A stretch of 64,000 nucleotides of DNA from Capsulimonadaceae bacterium (GTDB taxonomy: Bacteria; Armatimonadota; Armatimonadia; Armatimonadales; Capsulimonadaceae): contig OZ244065.1 of the NCBI GenBank assembly GCA_965215505.1, forward strand, positions 1,728,001 through 1,792,000, given 5' to 3'. The notes below the pieces were generated by a model. That model had not been told where the DNA came from. It saw nothing but the letters and a program-made list of their open reading frames with translations, and searched no databases. Positions within the stretch are counted from its first letter, which is position 1. Every line of letters begins with the position of its first letter. Positions 49,965-60,355 of this stretch are shown here, piece by piece. Made by a program: the position numbers and the translations under genes.

Positions 49965-52949
49965 ATGCGCCCCCTTATCAACGAAGCCCGCTTTAACCGC
50001 CTCCTGACGCGCTCCGCCCTGCTGCCGCTGCTGCTGCTGGCGGCGCTGTCCGGACTGCTCATCTGGCAGGTCAACCACCTGCTGGCGGTCTTCGAGTGGG
50101 AGGGCCACAGCGACCAGGTGATCGCCCAGGCGAATCTGGCGCAGAAGCTGCTGCTGGACCGCGAAACCGGCAAGCGCGGCTACCTGCTCACCGGGGACCC
50201 GAAGTTCCTACAGCCCTATACGGAGGCGGGGAACAAGGTCGGCCCGGCCCTGACGGAGCTGGACAGCCTGGTCGCCGATGCCCCGCAGCAGAGGCGGCGC
50301 GTCGAGACCATCCGCGCGCTGGCGGCGCGGTGGGATGACGACGCCCAGGCCGTGATCGCGCACGCCGGGGTTCTAAACCAGACGGCGCTGCACCGCGCCC
50401 CGGACGACACCGGCAAGCGCCTGATGGACGCCATGCGCGCGCAGTTCGACGGGCTGCTCTCGGCGGAGGACAAGGCGCGCACGGTGCGCGAGGCCACCAC
50501 GCGGCACACCGCGCAGGGAGTCATTCTCACGGCCCTGGTGGCGGCCCTCGCCGGGGGCATCCTGCTGGGCCTGTCGGCGCGGCGGCAGCTCCAGATGCTC
50601 GCCGCCGAGTACGCCGAGGCGACGGCGACCACGCGGCGTCAGGCCGAGGCCATCCACGAGAGCGAGGAGCGGCTGCGGCTGACGATAGATACGGCCCTGG
50701 ACGCCGTCATCAACGCCGACTCGGCCGGCGTCATCACGGGCTGGAACGCACAGGCCGAGCTGATCTTCGGCCGCCCCCGCGCCGAGGCGGCCGGGCGGAG
50801 ACTGGACGAGACGATCATCCCGGAGGCCTACCGGGACGCGCACCGGCGGGGCCTGGTCCATTACCTTCAGACGGGCGAGGGGCCGGTGCTGAACCGGCGG
50901 TTCGAGATCGCCGCCCTGCGCCGGGACGGGAGCGAGTTCCCGATCGAGATCGCCATCGTCCCGGTCCGGTCGCACGGGGACATCTCCTTCAGCGCCTTCG
51001 TGCGCGATCTCACCGAAGCGAAAGAGGCCGAGAGCGAGCGCGCCCGCCTGGACAACAGCAACCGGCTCCTGCTGGAGTCAACGGGAGAGGGGCTGTTCGG
51101 GCTGGACATGGACGGCAACTGCACGTTCATCAACCGGGCGGCGGCGCGGATGCTGCGGGTCACGCCCGACGACGTCCTGGGCCGGAACATGCACAACCTG
51201 ACCCACCACAGCCGCGCCGACGGCTCCCCGTACCCGGTCGATGAGTGCCCGATCTACCGCGCCTTCCAGACCGGGCAGAGCTGCCGCATGGACGGCGAGG
51301 TCTTCTGGCGCGGGGACGGCACCCCGTTCCCGGTCGAGTACACGTCGTCGCCGGTCTCCGAAGACGGCGCGCTGCGGGGCGCGGTCATCACGTTCGCCGA
51401 CATCACGCAGCGCAAGCAGGCCGAGGAAGACCTGCGGCGGGCGAAGGACGCCGCCGAGGCCGCCTCCCGGACGAAGTCGCAGTTCCTCGCCAACATGAGC
51501 CACGAGCTTCGAACGCCGATGAACGCGATTCTTGGCTACTCGGAGATGCTGCAAGAGGAGGCGGAGGAGGAGGGCCTGGACTCCTTCACGCCCGACCTGC
51601 AAAAGATACAGAACGCCGGGAAGCATCTGCTGGCATTAATCAACGACATTTTGGACTTGTCCAAGATCGAGGCCGGCAAGATGGAGCTGTACCTGGAGGA
51701 CTTCGACGTCGCCCAGGTCGTCGGCGATGTCGCCGCCACGGTCCAGACTCTGGTGGCGAAGAAAAACAACCGCCTAGCCGTCCACTGCCCGCCGGACGTC
51801 GGCCGGATGCGCGCCGACCTGACCAAAGTGCGCCAGTCGCTCTTCAACCTGCTGTCCAACGCCGCCAAGTTCACCCAGGACGGCGAGATCGCGCTGGACG
51901 TCCGGCGCGGCGGCGACGGCTTCACCTTCACGGTGCGCGACACGGGCATCGGCATGACGGCCGAGCAGATGGCCGGGTTGTTTGAAGCCTTCGCGCAGGC
52001 GGACTCGTCCACCACGCGCAAGTACGGCGGGACGGGCCTGGGGCTTGCGATCACGCGGCGCTTCTGCCGGATGATGGGCGGGGACGCCACGGTGGAGAGC
52101 GAGCCGGGCGTCGGGTCGGTGTTCACCCTGCGCCTCCCGGCCTCCGTGCATGAGGCGAAGGCGGCGGGGGACGCGCCGCCCTCCTATCCGGAGGCGCCGC
52201 TCCCGGCGACGGGGGACCTGGTGCTGGTGATAGACGACGACCCCGCCGCGCGGGACCTGATGCACCGGTTCCTGTCCAAAGAGGGCTTCCGGCCCGAGAC
52301 GGCGGGCAGCGGCGAGGAGGGCCTGCGCCTGGCCCGGTCGCTGCACCCGGTCGCCATTACCCTGGACGTGATGATGCCGGGCATGGACGGCTGGGCGGTC
52401 TTGCAGCAGCTCAAGGCGGACCCGGAGACGCAGGACATCCCGGTCATCATGCTGACGATGGTGGACGACAAGAACATCGGCTTCGCGCTGGGCGCGACCG
52501 ACTATCTGACCAAGCCCATCGACCGGGGCCGGCTGGCCGCCCTGCTGGGGCGGTTCCGCTGCGAGGGTGCGGTCTGCAACGTCCTTCTGGTGGAGGACGA
52601 CGACCCCACGCGCGAGATGATGCGCGCGCTGCTGACCCGCGAGGGCTGGGGGGTGCGGGAGGCGGTGAACGGGCGGGTCGCGCTCGAGCAGGTGGAGGCG
52701 GCGCGGCCCGATCTGATCCTGCTGGACCTGATGATGCCCGAAGTGGACGGGTTCGAGTTCGCCCGCCGCCTGCGCGAGCGGCCCGAGTGGCAGGCGATCC
52801 CGGTCATCGTGCTGACGGCCAAGGACATCACCGAGGCGGACCGGCTGCGGCTGAACGGTTATGTGGAGAAGATCGTCCGCAAGGGTGCCTGGGACCGTGA
52901 CGCCCTGCTGCGCGAGATCAGCGGGCTAGTCGCCGCCCGGAAAGGATAG
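49965..52949 (+). CDS. Hybrid sensor histidine kinase: CHASE3-PAS-PAS-HisKA-HATPase-REC-REC
   Basis: [13 protein letters not shown] (CHASE3), two PAS domains, [20 protein letters not shown], two LD.MMP receivers; ATG 49965. Confidence 0.93.
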   Translation: MRPLINEARFNRLLTRSALLPLLLLAALSGLLIWQVNHLLAVFEWEGHSDQVIAQANLAQKLLLDRETGKRGYLLTGDPKFLQPYTEAGNKVGPALTELDSLVADAPQQRRRVETIRALAARWDDDAQAVIAHAGVLNQTALHRAPDDTGKRLMDAMRAQFDGLLSAEDKARTVREATTRHTAQGVILTALVAALAGGILLGLSARRQLQMLAAEYAEATATTRRQAEAIHESEERLRLTIDTALDAVINADSAGVITGWNAQAELIFGRPRAEAAGRRLDETIIPEAYRDAHRRGLVHYLQTGEGPVLNRRFEIAALRRDGSEFPIEIAIVPVRSHGDISFSAFVRDLTEAKEAESERARLDNSNRLLLESTGEGLFGLDMDGNCTFINRAAARMLRVTPDDVLGRNMHNLTHHSRADGSPYPVDECPIYRAFQTGQSCRMDGEVFWRGDGTPFPVEYTSSPVSEDGALRGAVITFADITQRKQAEEDLRRAKDAAEAASRTKSQFLANMSHELRTPMNAILGYSEMLQEEAEEEGLDSFTPDLQKIQNAGKHLLALINDILDLSKIEAGKMELYLEDFDVAQVVGDVAATVQTLVAKKNNRLAVHCPPDVGRMRADLTKVRQSLFNLLSNAAKFTQDGEIALDVRRGGDGFTFTVRDTGIGMTAEQMAGLFEAFAQADSSTTRKYGGTGLGLAITRRFCRMMGGDATVESEPGVGSVFTLRLPASVHEAKAAGDAPPSYPEAPLPATGDLVLVIDDDPAARDLMHRFLSKEGFRPETAGSGEEGLRLARSLHPVAITLDVMMPGMDGWAVLQQLKADPETQDIPVIMLTMVDDKNIGFALGATDYLTKPIDRGRLAALLGRFRCEGAVCNVLLVEDDDPTREMMRALLTREGWGVREAVNGRVALEQVEAARPDLILLDLMMPEVDGFEFARRLRERPEWQAIPVIVLTAKDITEADRLRLNGYVEKIVRKGAWDRDALLREISGLVAARKG

Positions 52950-52960
52950 TGGAGAACCCG

Positions 52961-53338
52961 ATGCCGAAGATCCTGCTGGTCGAAGACAACGAGGACAACC
53001 GGGACATGCTCTCGCGCCGCCTGACCCGCAAGGGGTACGACGTGACCCTTGCGGTGGACGGCGGGGAGGGCGTGGCGCAGGCGTCGGCCGCCCAGCCGGA
53101 CCTGATCCTGATGGACATGAGCCTGCCCGTGCTGGACGGCTGGGAGGCGACGCGCCGGATCAAGGCGGACCCCGCGACGCGCGGCATCCCGATCATCGCC
53201 CTGACCGCGCACGCCATGTCCGACGACCGCGACAAGGCGGTGGCGGCAGGGTGCGACGAGTACGACACCAAGCCCGTTGACCTGCCGCGCCTGCTGGGCA
53301 AGATCGAGGCGCTGCTGGCAGGGGGGGAGAAGACGTGA
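52961..53338 (+). CDS. Single-domain response regulator (DivK/CheY-like)
   Basis: VEDN, LMDMSLP.LDG, ALTAHAM, KP. Confidence 0.92.
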   Translation: MPKILLVEDNEDNRDMLSRRLTRKGYDVTLAVDGGEGVAQASAAQPDLILMDMSLPVLDGWEATRRIKADPATRGIPIIALTAHAMSDDRDKAVAAGCDEYDTKPVDLPRLLGKIEALLAGGEKT

Positions 53339-54753
53339 ACGAGGCTGCTCTGGCGACCCTGCGGCACGACCTGCGGAACCCGATCGGGCAGGTCCTCGGC
53401 TACGGCGAGATGGTCATGGACGATCTGCGCGAGCTGGACAGGCCGGACCTCGTCGCCGACGTGGAGAAGATCCACGCGGCCGGGAAGCGGCTGCTGGTAT
53501 TGGTGGACGAGCGCCTGAACGCGGGCGCGCTCGGGCTGTCCGACGCCCCCCCCGCCCCGGCACAGCCGCCGCCGGCCGCCTCCCTCACTGCCCTCCCCCC
53601 CAGCGGGGCGCAGGCCGAGAGCGAGGAAAGCGGCCTGCTGCTGGTGGTGGACGACAACGAGGAGAACCGGGACGTCCTGGCCCGCCGCTTGCAGCGGCAG
53701 GGCCACTGGGCCGTCACCGCGTCCGGCGGCCGGGAGGCGCTCGCCGCGCTGGCCGACCAGCCCTTCGACCTCGTTTTGCTGGACATCATGATGCCGGACA
53801 TGGACGGGTACGAGGTGCTGTCGCGCATCAAGAGCGACCCTCGGACGCAGCGGCTGCCGGTCATCATGATCTCCGCGCTTGATGAGACGGACAGTGTGGT
53901 CCGGTGCATCGAGATGGGTGCGGCGGACTATCTGCCCAAGCCCTTCAACCCCACCCTGCTGCGCGCCCGCGTCGGGGCCAGCCTGCGCGAGAAGCGCGCC
54001 CGCGACCGCGAGCTGCGGTACACGGCGGAGATCGCCGAGAGCTACCGCCGGCTCCAGGAGCTGGAGCGGCTGCGGGATGACCTGACGCACATGATCGTCC
54101 ACGACCTGCGGACGCCGCTGACGTCGCTCCTGAGCGGCCTCCAGACGGTGCCGCTGGTGGGCGATATGAACGAGACGCAGGCGGAGATGCTGGAGATCGC
54201 CGTGGACGGCGGCCAGACCCTGCTCGGCATGATCAACGACCTGCTTGACGTGGAGAAGATGGAGCAGGAGTCGGTGCCGCTGGACCGGACCCAGGTCACT
54301 GCGGCAGGCCTGATCGAGCGGGCAGCGGCTCAGGTCTGCCTGCTGGCTCAGTCCAACGGCCTGACGCTGGTCGAGCGGGCCGCGATGGACCTGCCGCCGT
54401 TCCCCGGCGACGAGGACAAGCTGCGTCGCACCATCGTCAACCTGCTGGGGAACGCGATCAAGTTCACGCCCGAGGGCGGCACCGTCATCGCCTCCGCCGA
54501 GATGGGCGAGGGAGTCATCCTGTTCAGCGTCCGCGACACCGGCGAGGGCATCCCGCCCGAGGCGTTCAACCGCATCTTCGAGAAGTTCGGCCAGGTGGAG
54601 AGCCGCAAGGCCGGGCGCAAGATGTCCACGGGCCTGGGCCTGACCTTCTGTAAGCTGGCCGTCGAGGCGCACGGGGGCCGCATCTGGGTGGAGAGCCGCA
54701 CGGGCGAGGGCAGCGCGTTCTTCTTTACAGTCCCGCGCGCCCTGGAAGAATAG
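53335..54753 (+). CDS. Hybrid kinase: DHp-like - REC - HisKA - HATPase
   Basis: N-terminal RHDLRNP, receiver LDIMMP, VHDLRTP, NAIKFT, TGLGL. Confidence 0.9.
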   Translation: MNEAALATLRHDLRNPIGQVLGYGEMVMDDLRELDRPDLVADVEKIHAAGKRLLVLVDERLNAGALGLSDAPPAPAQPPPAASLTALPPSGAQAESEESGLLLVVDDNEENRDVLARRLQRQGHWAVTASGGREALAALADQPFDLVLLDIMMPDMDGYEVLSRIKSDPRTQRLPVIMISALDETDSVVRCIEMGAADYLPKPFNPTLLRARVGASLREKRARDRELRYTAEIAESYRRLQELERLRDDLTHMIVHDLRTPLTSLLSGLQTVPLVGDMNETQAEMLEIAVDGGQTLLGMINDLLDVEKMEQESVPLDRTQVTAAGLIERAAAQVCLLAQSNGLTLVERAAMDLPPFPGDEDKLRRTIVNLLGNAIKFTPEGGTVIASAEMGEGVILFSVRDTGEGIPPEAFNRIFEKFGQVESRKAGRKMSTGLGLTFCKLAVEAHGGRIWVESRTGEGSAFFFTVPRALEE

Positions 54754-55417
54754 CTTCTTCCTGCTTCGCCCGCTCGATGCCCTCCTGCGTCTCCGCCACC
54801 GCTGCGTCCATCTCTTCGGCCACCCGGCGCGAGGCCTCGTCGGATTGGGGTGCCTCCAGAGTCTCCTCCAGCTTGCTTTCCAAAGTCGCCAGGACCTCGT
54901 GCGGGTCTACGGTCCGGGTCAGCGCCTCGGCCTCCAGGTCTATGCGGTCGCGGACGGTGGGCATGTCGCGGCGCAGCTCTTCCAGCAGGTCAATGATCTT
55001 GGCTGTGCGCTGCTCGGTCAGCATGCTCATCTGAAGTTCAAGCTGCTCGCGCCGCTCGGCGAGCTTGCCCTGCCGGTTCTGGGTGATGAGGATGACCGAG
55101 GTCATCAGCAGCGCGCCCAAGCCGATGGCCCCCTGGAGCCAGGCGAACGGCGGGTCGTCCCAGCGCGGCAGGTGCAGGAGCGGCGCGGCGGCATTGACTC
55201 CCATCCACAGGCCTGCCCCGACGAGGATGCCGTAGAAGAACTGCGGGCGGCCCAGCCAGGCCGTCAGCGATTCCACGGTGCGCTGGTGCGTGTCCACCTG
55301 CTGCTCGGCGAAGGCGTGCAGGGCCACCACGGCATCAATGTTGGCGCTGATGGGGTCGTGCAGGGCGGGGGCGGCCTGTTCGCGCCGACGCCTCAGCCGC
55401 ATGGATGCCAGCCTCAT
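54725..55417 (-). CDS. DUF1003 domain membrane protein
   Basis: W...N..DDPPF.WL..ILITQNRQ..E.RTAKII.LLEELRRD. Confidence 0.8.
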   Translation of the reverse strand: MRLASMRLRRRREQAAPALHDPISANIDAVVALHAFAEQQVDTHQRTVESLTAWLGRPQFFYGILVGAGLWMGVNAAAPLLHLPRWDDPPFAWLQGAIGLGALLMTSVILITQNRQGKLAERREQLELQMSMLTEQRTAKIIDLLEELRRDMPTVRDRIDLEAEALTRTVDPHEVLATLESKLEETLEAPQSDEASRRVAEEMDAAVAETQEGIERAKQEEAILPGRAGL

Positions 55418-55851
55418 GGCCGCTCCCCGCGCCGCCGCATCTCGTCCCGGCGCATCGGCATCCGGTCTATCCGGCCCGTCAGGTCGCTCAGGGAGACCGG
55501 TGTCGGCCCGCCGAAGGCGACGTGGCCGTCCTTACCGATCAGCAGGACGCGGAAGGAGCCGGGCCGGACGTGGTAGCGGGCGCGCAGGTCCGCGCCACGG
55601 CCCGCCCCCGCGCCGCGTCCGAAGACGTCGAAGCGCAGGAGTTCACGGTCGGCGAACTGCGCCCGGCTCTTCGCCAGCAGGGCGTCCTGACGCCGCCAGC
55701 GCGAGTCAGCCGGGGAAGGCGCGAAGACCAGCAGGAGCCGGTTCCTGTCGCGGTAGCGGGACAGGTCGCCCTGCGCCCGTGCCGACGGGGCCGGGGCGGC
55801 GAGGAGCAGGAAAGGGGACAGCAGAAGAGAGAGCAGCAGGAGCCTGGGCAT
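55414..55851 (-). CDS. DUF4174 domain secreted protein
   Basis: Signal peptide, RLLLVFAP, LIGKDG, IDRMPMR..E; ATG 55851. Confidence 0.85.
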   Translation of the reverse strand: MPRLLLLSLLLSPFLLLAAPAPSARAQGDLSRYRDRNRLLLVFAPSPADSRWRRQDALLAKSRAQFADRELLRFDVFGRGAGAGRGADLRARYHVRPGSFRVLLIGKDGHVAFGGPTPVSLSDLTGRIDRMPMRRDEMRRRGERP

Positions 55852-55899
55852 GATGCTTCCCCTTTTCCTCCCAGACCGCTGGTTGAAACCTGCGATTTC

Positions 55900-55929
55900 T
55901 TGACAGAGTGCCGCCCGCCGTTGTATACT
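55900..55929 (+). promoter_or_regulatory. Sigma70 promoter for the ABC cassette
   Basis: TTGACA-18 bp-TATACT. Confidence 0.6.
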
Positions 55930-56104
55930 AAGCCTCGGGAACACTGTCGCCGCGCTGTCCCACCGTGCCGTTCCGTATCGTGCCCTTTTAATCCTATTTC
56001 CATCAGGGCGGCACAAAAGCGACACCCACGCCCGTATTCGGACGTATCCAGCCTCATTCGGTCGTCAAAATCTAGTCGTCATCAGAAGGAACGCAGTCAC
56101 GCAC

Positions 56105-57154
56105 ATGGCAGAAATCACCACACCCACCGCCCCGGCCATGACCATGCCGGCCGGTGAGACTCGGCTCTCGGCGGGGGCCTCCGGCGGCTACGCCAAGGCC
56201 ATCGAGATCAAGAACCTGGTCAAGCAGTACAAGAAGGTCACCGCCGTTGACAACATTAGCCTGGATGTCTACGAGGGCGAGATCTTCGGCTTCCTCGGCC
56301 CCAACGGCGCGGGCAAGACCACGACCATCAAGACCCTGCTCGGCCTGATCTTCCCGACGGCGGGCGAGGTCCTGGTCCTGGGGAAGCCCGCGGGCGATAT
56401 TGATGTCAAAGAGAAGATCTCCTACCTGCCCGAGTCGCCCTACTTCTACGAACACATGACCGCCTCCGAAGTGGTCGGCTTCTACGGCAGCCTGTTCGGG
56501 CTGACCGGCGTGTCCAAGCAGAAGCGGGTGGACGAGCTGCTGGAGATGGTCGGCTTGCAGGGGACGGGCAAGAAGCCGCTGCGGTCGTTCTCCAAGGGCA
56601 TGCTCCAGCGCGTCGGCATCGCGCAGTCCTTGATCAACGACCCCAAGCTGCTGTTCTTCGACGAGCCGACCTCGGGCCTGGACCCGGTCGCCCACCGGGA
56701 CATCCGCGACCTGATCCTGCGCCTGAAGGAAGAAGGCCGGACGATCTTCCTGTCCTCGCACCAGCTCTCCGACGTGGAGCTTGTCTGCGACCGGGTCTCG
56801 ATCCTGCACGGCGGCAAGATCCGCCGCATCGGACATGTGGACGACCTGATCGCGGGCGCGAGCGTCGAGGTCGTCGCCGAGCGCGTCAAGGCGACGGAAA
56901 CGCAGATGGCAGCCCTGCGCGAGATCACTTCCCACGTCGAGCAGGTGGGCGAGACGATGATCGTCACGACCAACGCTTCCACCGAGAGCAAGAACCGCGT
57001 CCTGGACTGGGTGCGGGCGGCGGGCGGCGACGTGGTTTCCATGACGCAGACCCGGCGCACACTGGAAGACATCTTCTACGAGGTCGTCCACCAGGGCGAG
57101 GTCGAGAGCGGCACGGCCTTCGCCATGCCCCCCGCGACGGAGAGCCAAGCATGA
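56105..57154 (+). CDS. ABC-2 type transporter ATP-binding protein
   Basis: GPNGAGKTT, FSKGMLQR, FFDEPTSGLD, SSH. Confidence 0.93.
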   Translation: MAEITTPTAPAMTMPAGETRLSAGASGGYAKAIEIKNLVKQYKKVTAVDNISLDVYEGEIFGFLGPNGAGKTTTIKTLLGLIFPTAGEVLVLGKPAGDIDVKEKISYLPESPYFYEHMTASEVVGFYGSLFGLTGVSKQKRVDELLEMVGLQGTGKKPLRSFSKGMLQRVGIAQSLINDPKLLFFDEPTSGLDPVAHRDIRDLILRLKEEGRTIFLSSHQLSDVELVCDRVSILHGGKIRRIGHVDDLIAGASVEVVAERVKATETQMAALREITSHVEQVGETMIVTTNASTESKNRVLDWVRAAGGDVVSMTQTRRTLEDIFYEVVHQGEVESGTAFAMPPATESQA

Positions 57155-57918
57155 ACACAATCTGGCTGCTGGCCTCCAGCACGTTCGAAGAAGCGCGCCG
57201 CCGGAAGATCCTCCTGGTCTTCCTGTTCGGCGCACTCGCCATCATGCTCATGGGCATGGCCTTCGGTGCCCTGACCCCCGCGCGCGACCTGAACGTCACC
57301 AAGAGCCTGGGCCTGGGCGTCATCTCCCTGGCGGGCGTCTTCATCAGCATTATCCTTTACATCACCCTGATCCCCGTCGAGATCGAGCGGCGGACGATCT
57401 ACAGCATCCTGTCCAAGCCGGTCCAGCGGTATCAATATCTGACCGGGAAGTTCCTGGGCGGCCTGATGACGGTGCTTGCGAACATCGCCCTGATGGGCGT
57501 GATCTTCCTGGCGATCCTGACGGCGAAGCTGGTCCAGTACCACCAGCCGGTGGCCCCGACCGACCTGGCCCTGCTCAAGAACTTGCTGATGGTCTTCCTC
57601 CAGATGACCCTGCTGGGTGCGGTGGCGATGTTCTTCTCGGTCTTCCTGCCGCCCGTCGTGAACTTCTTCGTGACCTTCGGCGTGTGGCTGCTCGGCACGA
57701 GCGGCGTACTCAGCCCCGACGGGCCATTAGGCTTCCTGCACCTGCACCTTTTGGTGCCGAACTTCGGCAATTATGCCATCCAGAACCCATTCATCAACCC
57801 CAGCGTCCATGTCAGCCAGGAACCGGCGTACATGGGGCTGACGATCGCTTACGCGCTGGTCTATACCGCCATCCTGCTGATGCTGGGGACGGTGATCTTT
57901 GATCGGCGGGAGGTCTGA
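57151..57918 (+). CDS. ABC-2 type permease
   Basis: EIERRTIYSILSKPV.R.QYL.GKF, ~6 TM, F.RRE end. Confidence 0.88.
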   Translation: MNTIWLLASSTFEEARRRKILLVFLFGALAIMLMGMAFGALTPARDLNVTKSLGLGVISLAGVFISIILYITLIPVEIERRTIYSILSKPVQRYQYLTGKFLGGLMTVLANIALMGVIFLAILTAKLVQYHQPVAPTDLALLKNLLMVFLQMTLLGAVAMFFSVFLPPVVNFFVTFGVWLLGTSGVLSPDGPLGFLHLHLLVPNFGNYAIQNPFINPSVHVSQEPAYMGLTIAYALVYTAILLMLGTVIFDRREV

Positions 57919-57920
57919 CC

Positions 57921-59312
57921 ATGAACACCAAATCAGGAAACGGCGCGGCGCGGCGCATGCTGCTCGTCGTCGCCCTGCTGCTTTTCGTCCCGATTGCGCT
58001 CTTGCAGCGCGGCATTGACCCGATCTACAGCAGAAACTACGCGCCCTCCGAAAGCTTCAAGCAGGGGGCCAAGAACCTGCCTGTCGAGATGGCCCTGGGG
58101 GCCTTCACCGGCTTCCGCGAGGCCGTGGCGGGGATGCTGTGGGTGCGCTGCGACGAGTTCTTCCACAACGGCGACTACGAAGCCATCATGCCGCTCATCC
58201 GGGTCATCACCTGGCTGGACCCGCATCAGATAGACGTCTATGAGACGGGCGCGTGGCACATGGACTACAACTTCACCGACTCGTCGGAGCGGTCCGACCG
58301 GCGCTACATCCCGTTCTCGCTGTCGCTCCTGGGCGAAGGCATCGCCAACAACCCCGAGGAGCCGGACCTGTATTCGGACATGGGCTTCGTCCACTACTTC
58401 CGCAAGATCGAGGACTTCCCGCAGTCGGCGTCGTGGTTCGAGAAGGGCTGGAACGTGGTCACCGCGAAGAAGCTCAGCGACATGGACGACCCGACACAGT
58501 TCGAAGAGGCCGACAAAGGCGTCATGACGGTCGGACACGGGCTGGCCCATGCCTACGAGTTCAGCGGCAACATCCCGGCCGCACTGGCCCAGTGGAACAA
58601 GTGCCTCGCCCTGCACAACGCCCTCATCAAGCAGAAGCCGAGCGACTTCTCGGAGGTGCAGGACCGGGGGATCGCCGAGAAGCAGGTGGCCGAGATGCAG
58701 GGCCGCCTGAAGTACCGCCCGATAGACACGGCCAAGCCGCTCGACATGCATTTCGCCCCCCAGCTCGTGCGCGTCGCCCCCAAGGTCTTCGTCCTGAAGG
58801 GGACGCTCGCGGCCGTCGGCGCGACCAAGTTCAACCTCGAAACCGGCGAGCGGACCTTCGGCCCCACCGACGGCTGCCGGGTGGAGATCCGGCTCCAGGA
58901 CGAGGGCTACAAGCTGCCGGTCATCGGCACCTACACGCTCACATCCAGCGTTGACCCTACCGTGACGATCATGCAGGACGCCGTCTCGGTCCGGGGCGGC
59001 AAGATCGGCGGCGACCAGGGCCGGAAGATGGACATGAGCAAGGACCCGGACATGTACTCGTTCAAGGCCCCGCGCTACACGGTCACGCTGTACTTCATGC
59101 CGAACAACCCGAACGACTGCCCGATCCAGGTGCAGGACCGGATCGGCTGGAAGGGCGAGGGCCTGGGGCCGCAGGCGAACCTGATGGTTTCGGACGGCAA
59201 GACGCCGCTGCCGGGCGACGTGACGCCCGTCGCCGGCCTGCGCTATCTGGCCAAGACCTTCACGCTGACGCGCGACGACATCCTGGGCAAAGGGGAGAAG
59301 ACCTTCAACTAG
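57921..59312 (+). CDS. Membrane-anchored TPR-like protein
   Basis: N-terminal TM; GFR..A.MLW.R..I..LDP....Y...AWHM.YN, EGIANNP helical repeats. Confidence 0.75.
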   Translation: MNTKSGNGAARRMLLVVALLLFVPIALLQRGIDPIYSRNYAPSESFKQGAKNLPVEMALGAFTGFREAVAGMLWVRCDEFFHNGDYEAIMPLIRVITWLDPHQIDVYETGAWHMDYNFTDSSERSDRRYIPFSLSLLGEGIANNPEEPDLYSDMGFVHYFRKIEDFPQSASWFEKGWNVVTAKKLSDMDDPTQFEEADKGVMTVGHGLAHAYEFSGNIPAALAQWNKCLALHNALIKQKPSDFSEVQDRGIAEKQVAEMQGRLKYRPIDTAKPLDMHFAPQLVRVAPKVFVLKGTLAAVGATKFNLETGERTFGPTDGCRVEIRLQDEGYKLPVIGTYTLTSSVDPTVTIMQDAVSVRGGKIGGDQGRKMDMSKDPDMYSFKAPRYTVTLYFMPNNPNDCPIQVQDRIGWKGEGLGPQANLMVSDGKTPLPGDVTPVAGLRYLAKTFTLTRDDILGKGEKTFN

Positions 59313-59338
59313 ACAACGCGCTTGATACGGGGTACAAT
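59310..59338 (+). promoter_or_regulatory. Sigma70 promoter of SRP RNA
   Basis: TAGACA-17 bp-TACAAT. Confidence 0.65.
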
Positions 59339-59359
59339 GTCCGTGTCAGGTTTCACGAT

Positions 59360-59636
59360 TTGACCGTGCTAGGCGGGGCGTCTGCGGTGCCCTCTCCTCC
59401 AAACCCGCATTATGGGAGGCGGAACTCCTGCCCTCGGATCGCTCACTTACGGATTGGCGCGCGCGCGCAGCGTTGATGGACGGACCCGGCGCAACGGACG
59501 ACCTCCGAACCTCGTCAGGGTGGGAACGCAGCAGCGATAAGGCGTGTGGCCCGTGTGCCGTCCGGTGCTTCTGACCGGAGCCAGCGGCGCGACGTAACAC
59601 GTGAGGCAACGACTTCAAAGGCAGGTGCACGGTCAA
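59360..59636 (+). ncRNA. ffs: Large (Alu-containing) signal recognition particle RNA
   Basis: Ends pair (ttgaccgtgc/gcacggtcaa); 5' ccgtgct.ggcgggg..gcggtgccct as in Bacillus scRNA; helix 8 tcagg-gtg-GGAA-cgc-agcagc; upstream of dnaX. Confidence 0.93.
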
Positions 59637-59644
59637 TATAGGCG

Positions 59645-59687
59645 AAAGGCCCTCCAGGAGCAGCGGCTCCGGGAGGGCCTTTCTTTT
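59645..59687 (+). terminator. Terminator after SRP RNA
   Basis: aaaggccctcc..ggagggcctttctttt. Confidence 0.75.
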
Positions 59688-59699
59688 AGGAGCCACGGC

Positions 59700-59933
59700 A
59701 TGAATTTTGCTGAACATCCTGAGCGAGAGCGGATACTTGACCAGGCTCTCGATGCCCGGACACTCCCGGAGATCGCGACCGCCACGCGGAAACTGCGGGA
59801 GTGGGTGCAGCAGAAACCCGGCGACACCGGCATTCGTGAGGCGTTTGAAGGGCTTTCGCTGATGCAGGACATCGCGGAGGAGCAAGAAGCGGAGCGCGCT
59901 CATTCACGGCGGGGAACCGTCGCAGTCGGCTGA
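59700..59933 (+). CDS. Small hypothetical protein (paralog 1)
   Basis: AGGAG RBS, ATG 59700; aligns with the next ORF. Confidence 0.75.
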   Translation: MNFAEHPERERILDQALDARTLPEIATATRKLREWVQQKPGDTGIREAFEGLSLMQDIAEEQEAERAHSRRGTVAVG

Positions 59934-59970
59934 CGGCTTTGGCGGGATGGTCACGCTTTAGAGGTGAACC

Positions 59971-60219
59971 GTGGTAGAAACCGAGAGCGACGTTGATGAG
60001 GCCAGAGAACGGGTTTGCAAACAGGTCCTGAGCGCCGGCACCCTGCCCGAGATCGAGGCCGCCAAGCAAGTCCTGCGCGAGTGGATGAAGGCGCACCCGG
60101 AGGAGCAGGGAATGCGCTGGGGCTTCGAGCAGTTGTATACGATTCAGGAGATCATTGAGAACGAGGAAGCCGAGCGGGGGCATTGCAATCAGCGGCAGAA
60201 TAGTGGGGCCGGCGGATAA
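59971..60219 (+). CDS. Small hypothetical protein (paralog 2)
   Basis: GAGGTG RBS; shared RER..Q.L.A.TLPEI..A...LREW....P...G.R..FE.L...Q.I.E..EAER. Confidence 0.75.
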   Translation: MVETESDVDEARERVCKQVLSAGTLPEIEAAKQVLREWMKAHPEEQGMRWGFEQLYTIQEIIENEEAERGHCNQRQNSGAGG

Positions 60220-60355
60220 TCCTCCGCCGGCCCTTGCTCTGTCTGACAGCTTCCGGACGTGTGCTACGGCGTATCTCTCATGGCCGACGCGAACGGGATT
60301 GTTCGCCGGGCGGGAAAAATCTTTCACGCCCCGGCTTGGGGTATACTGAGGGGGT

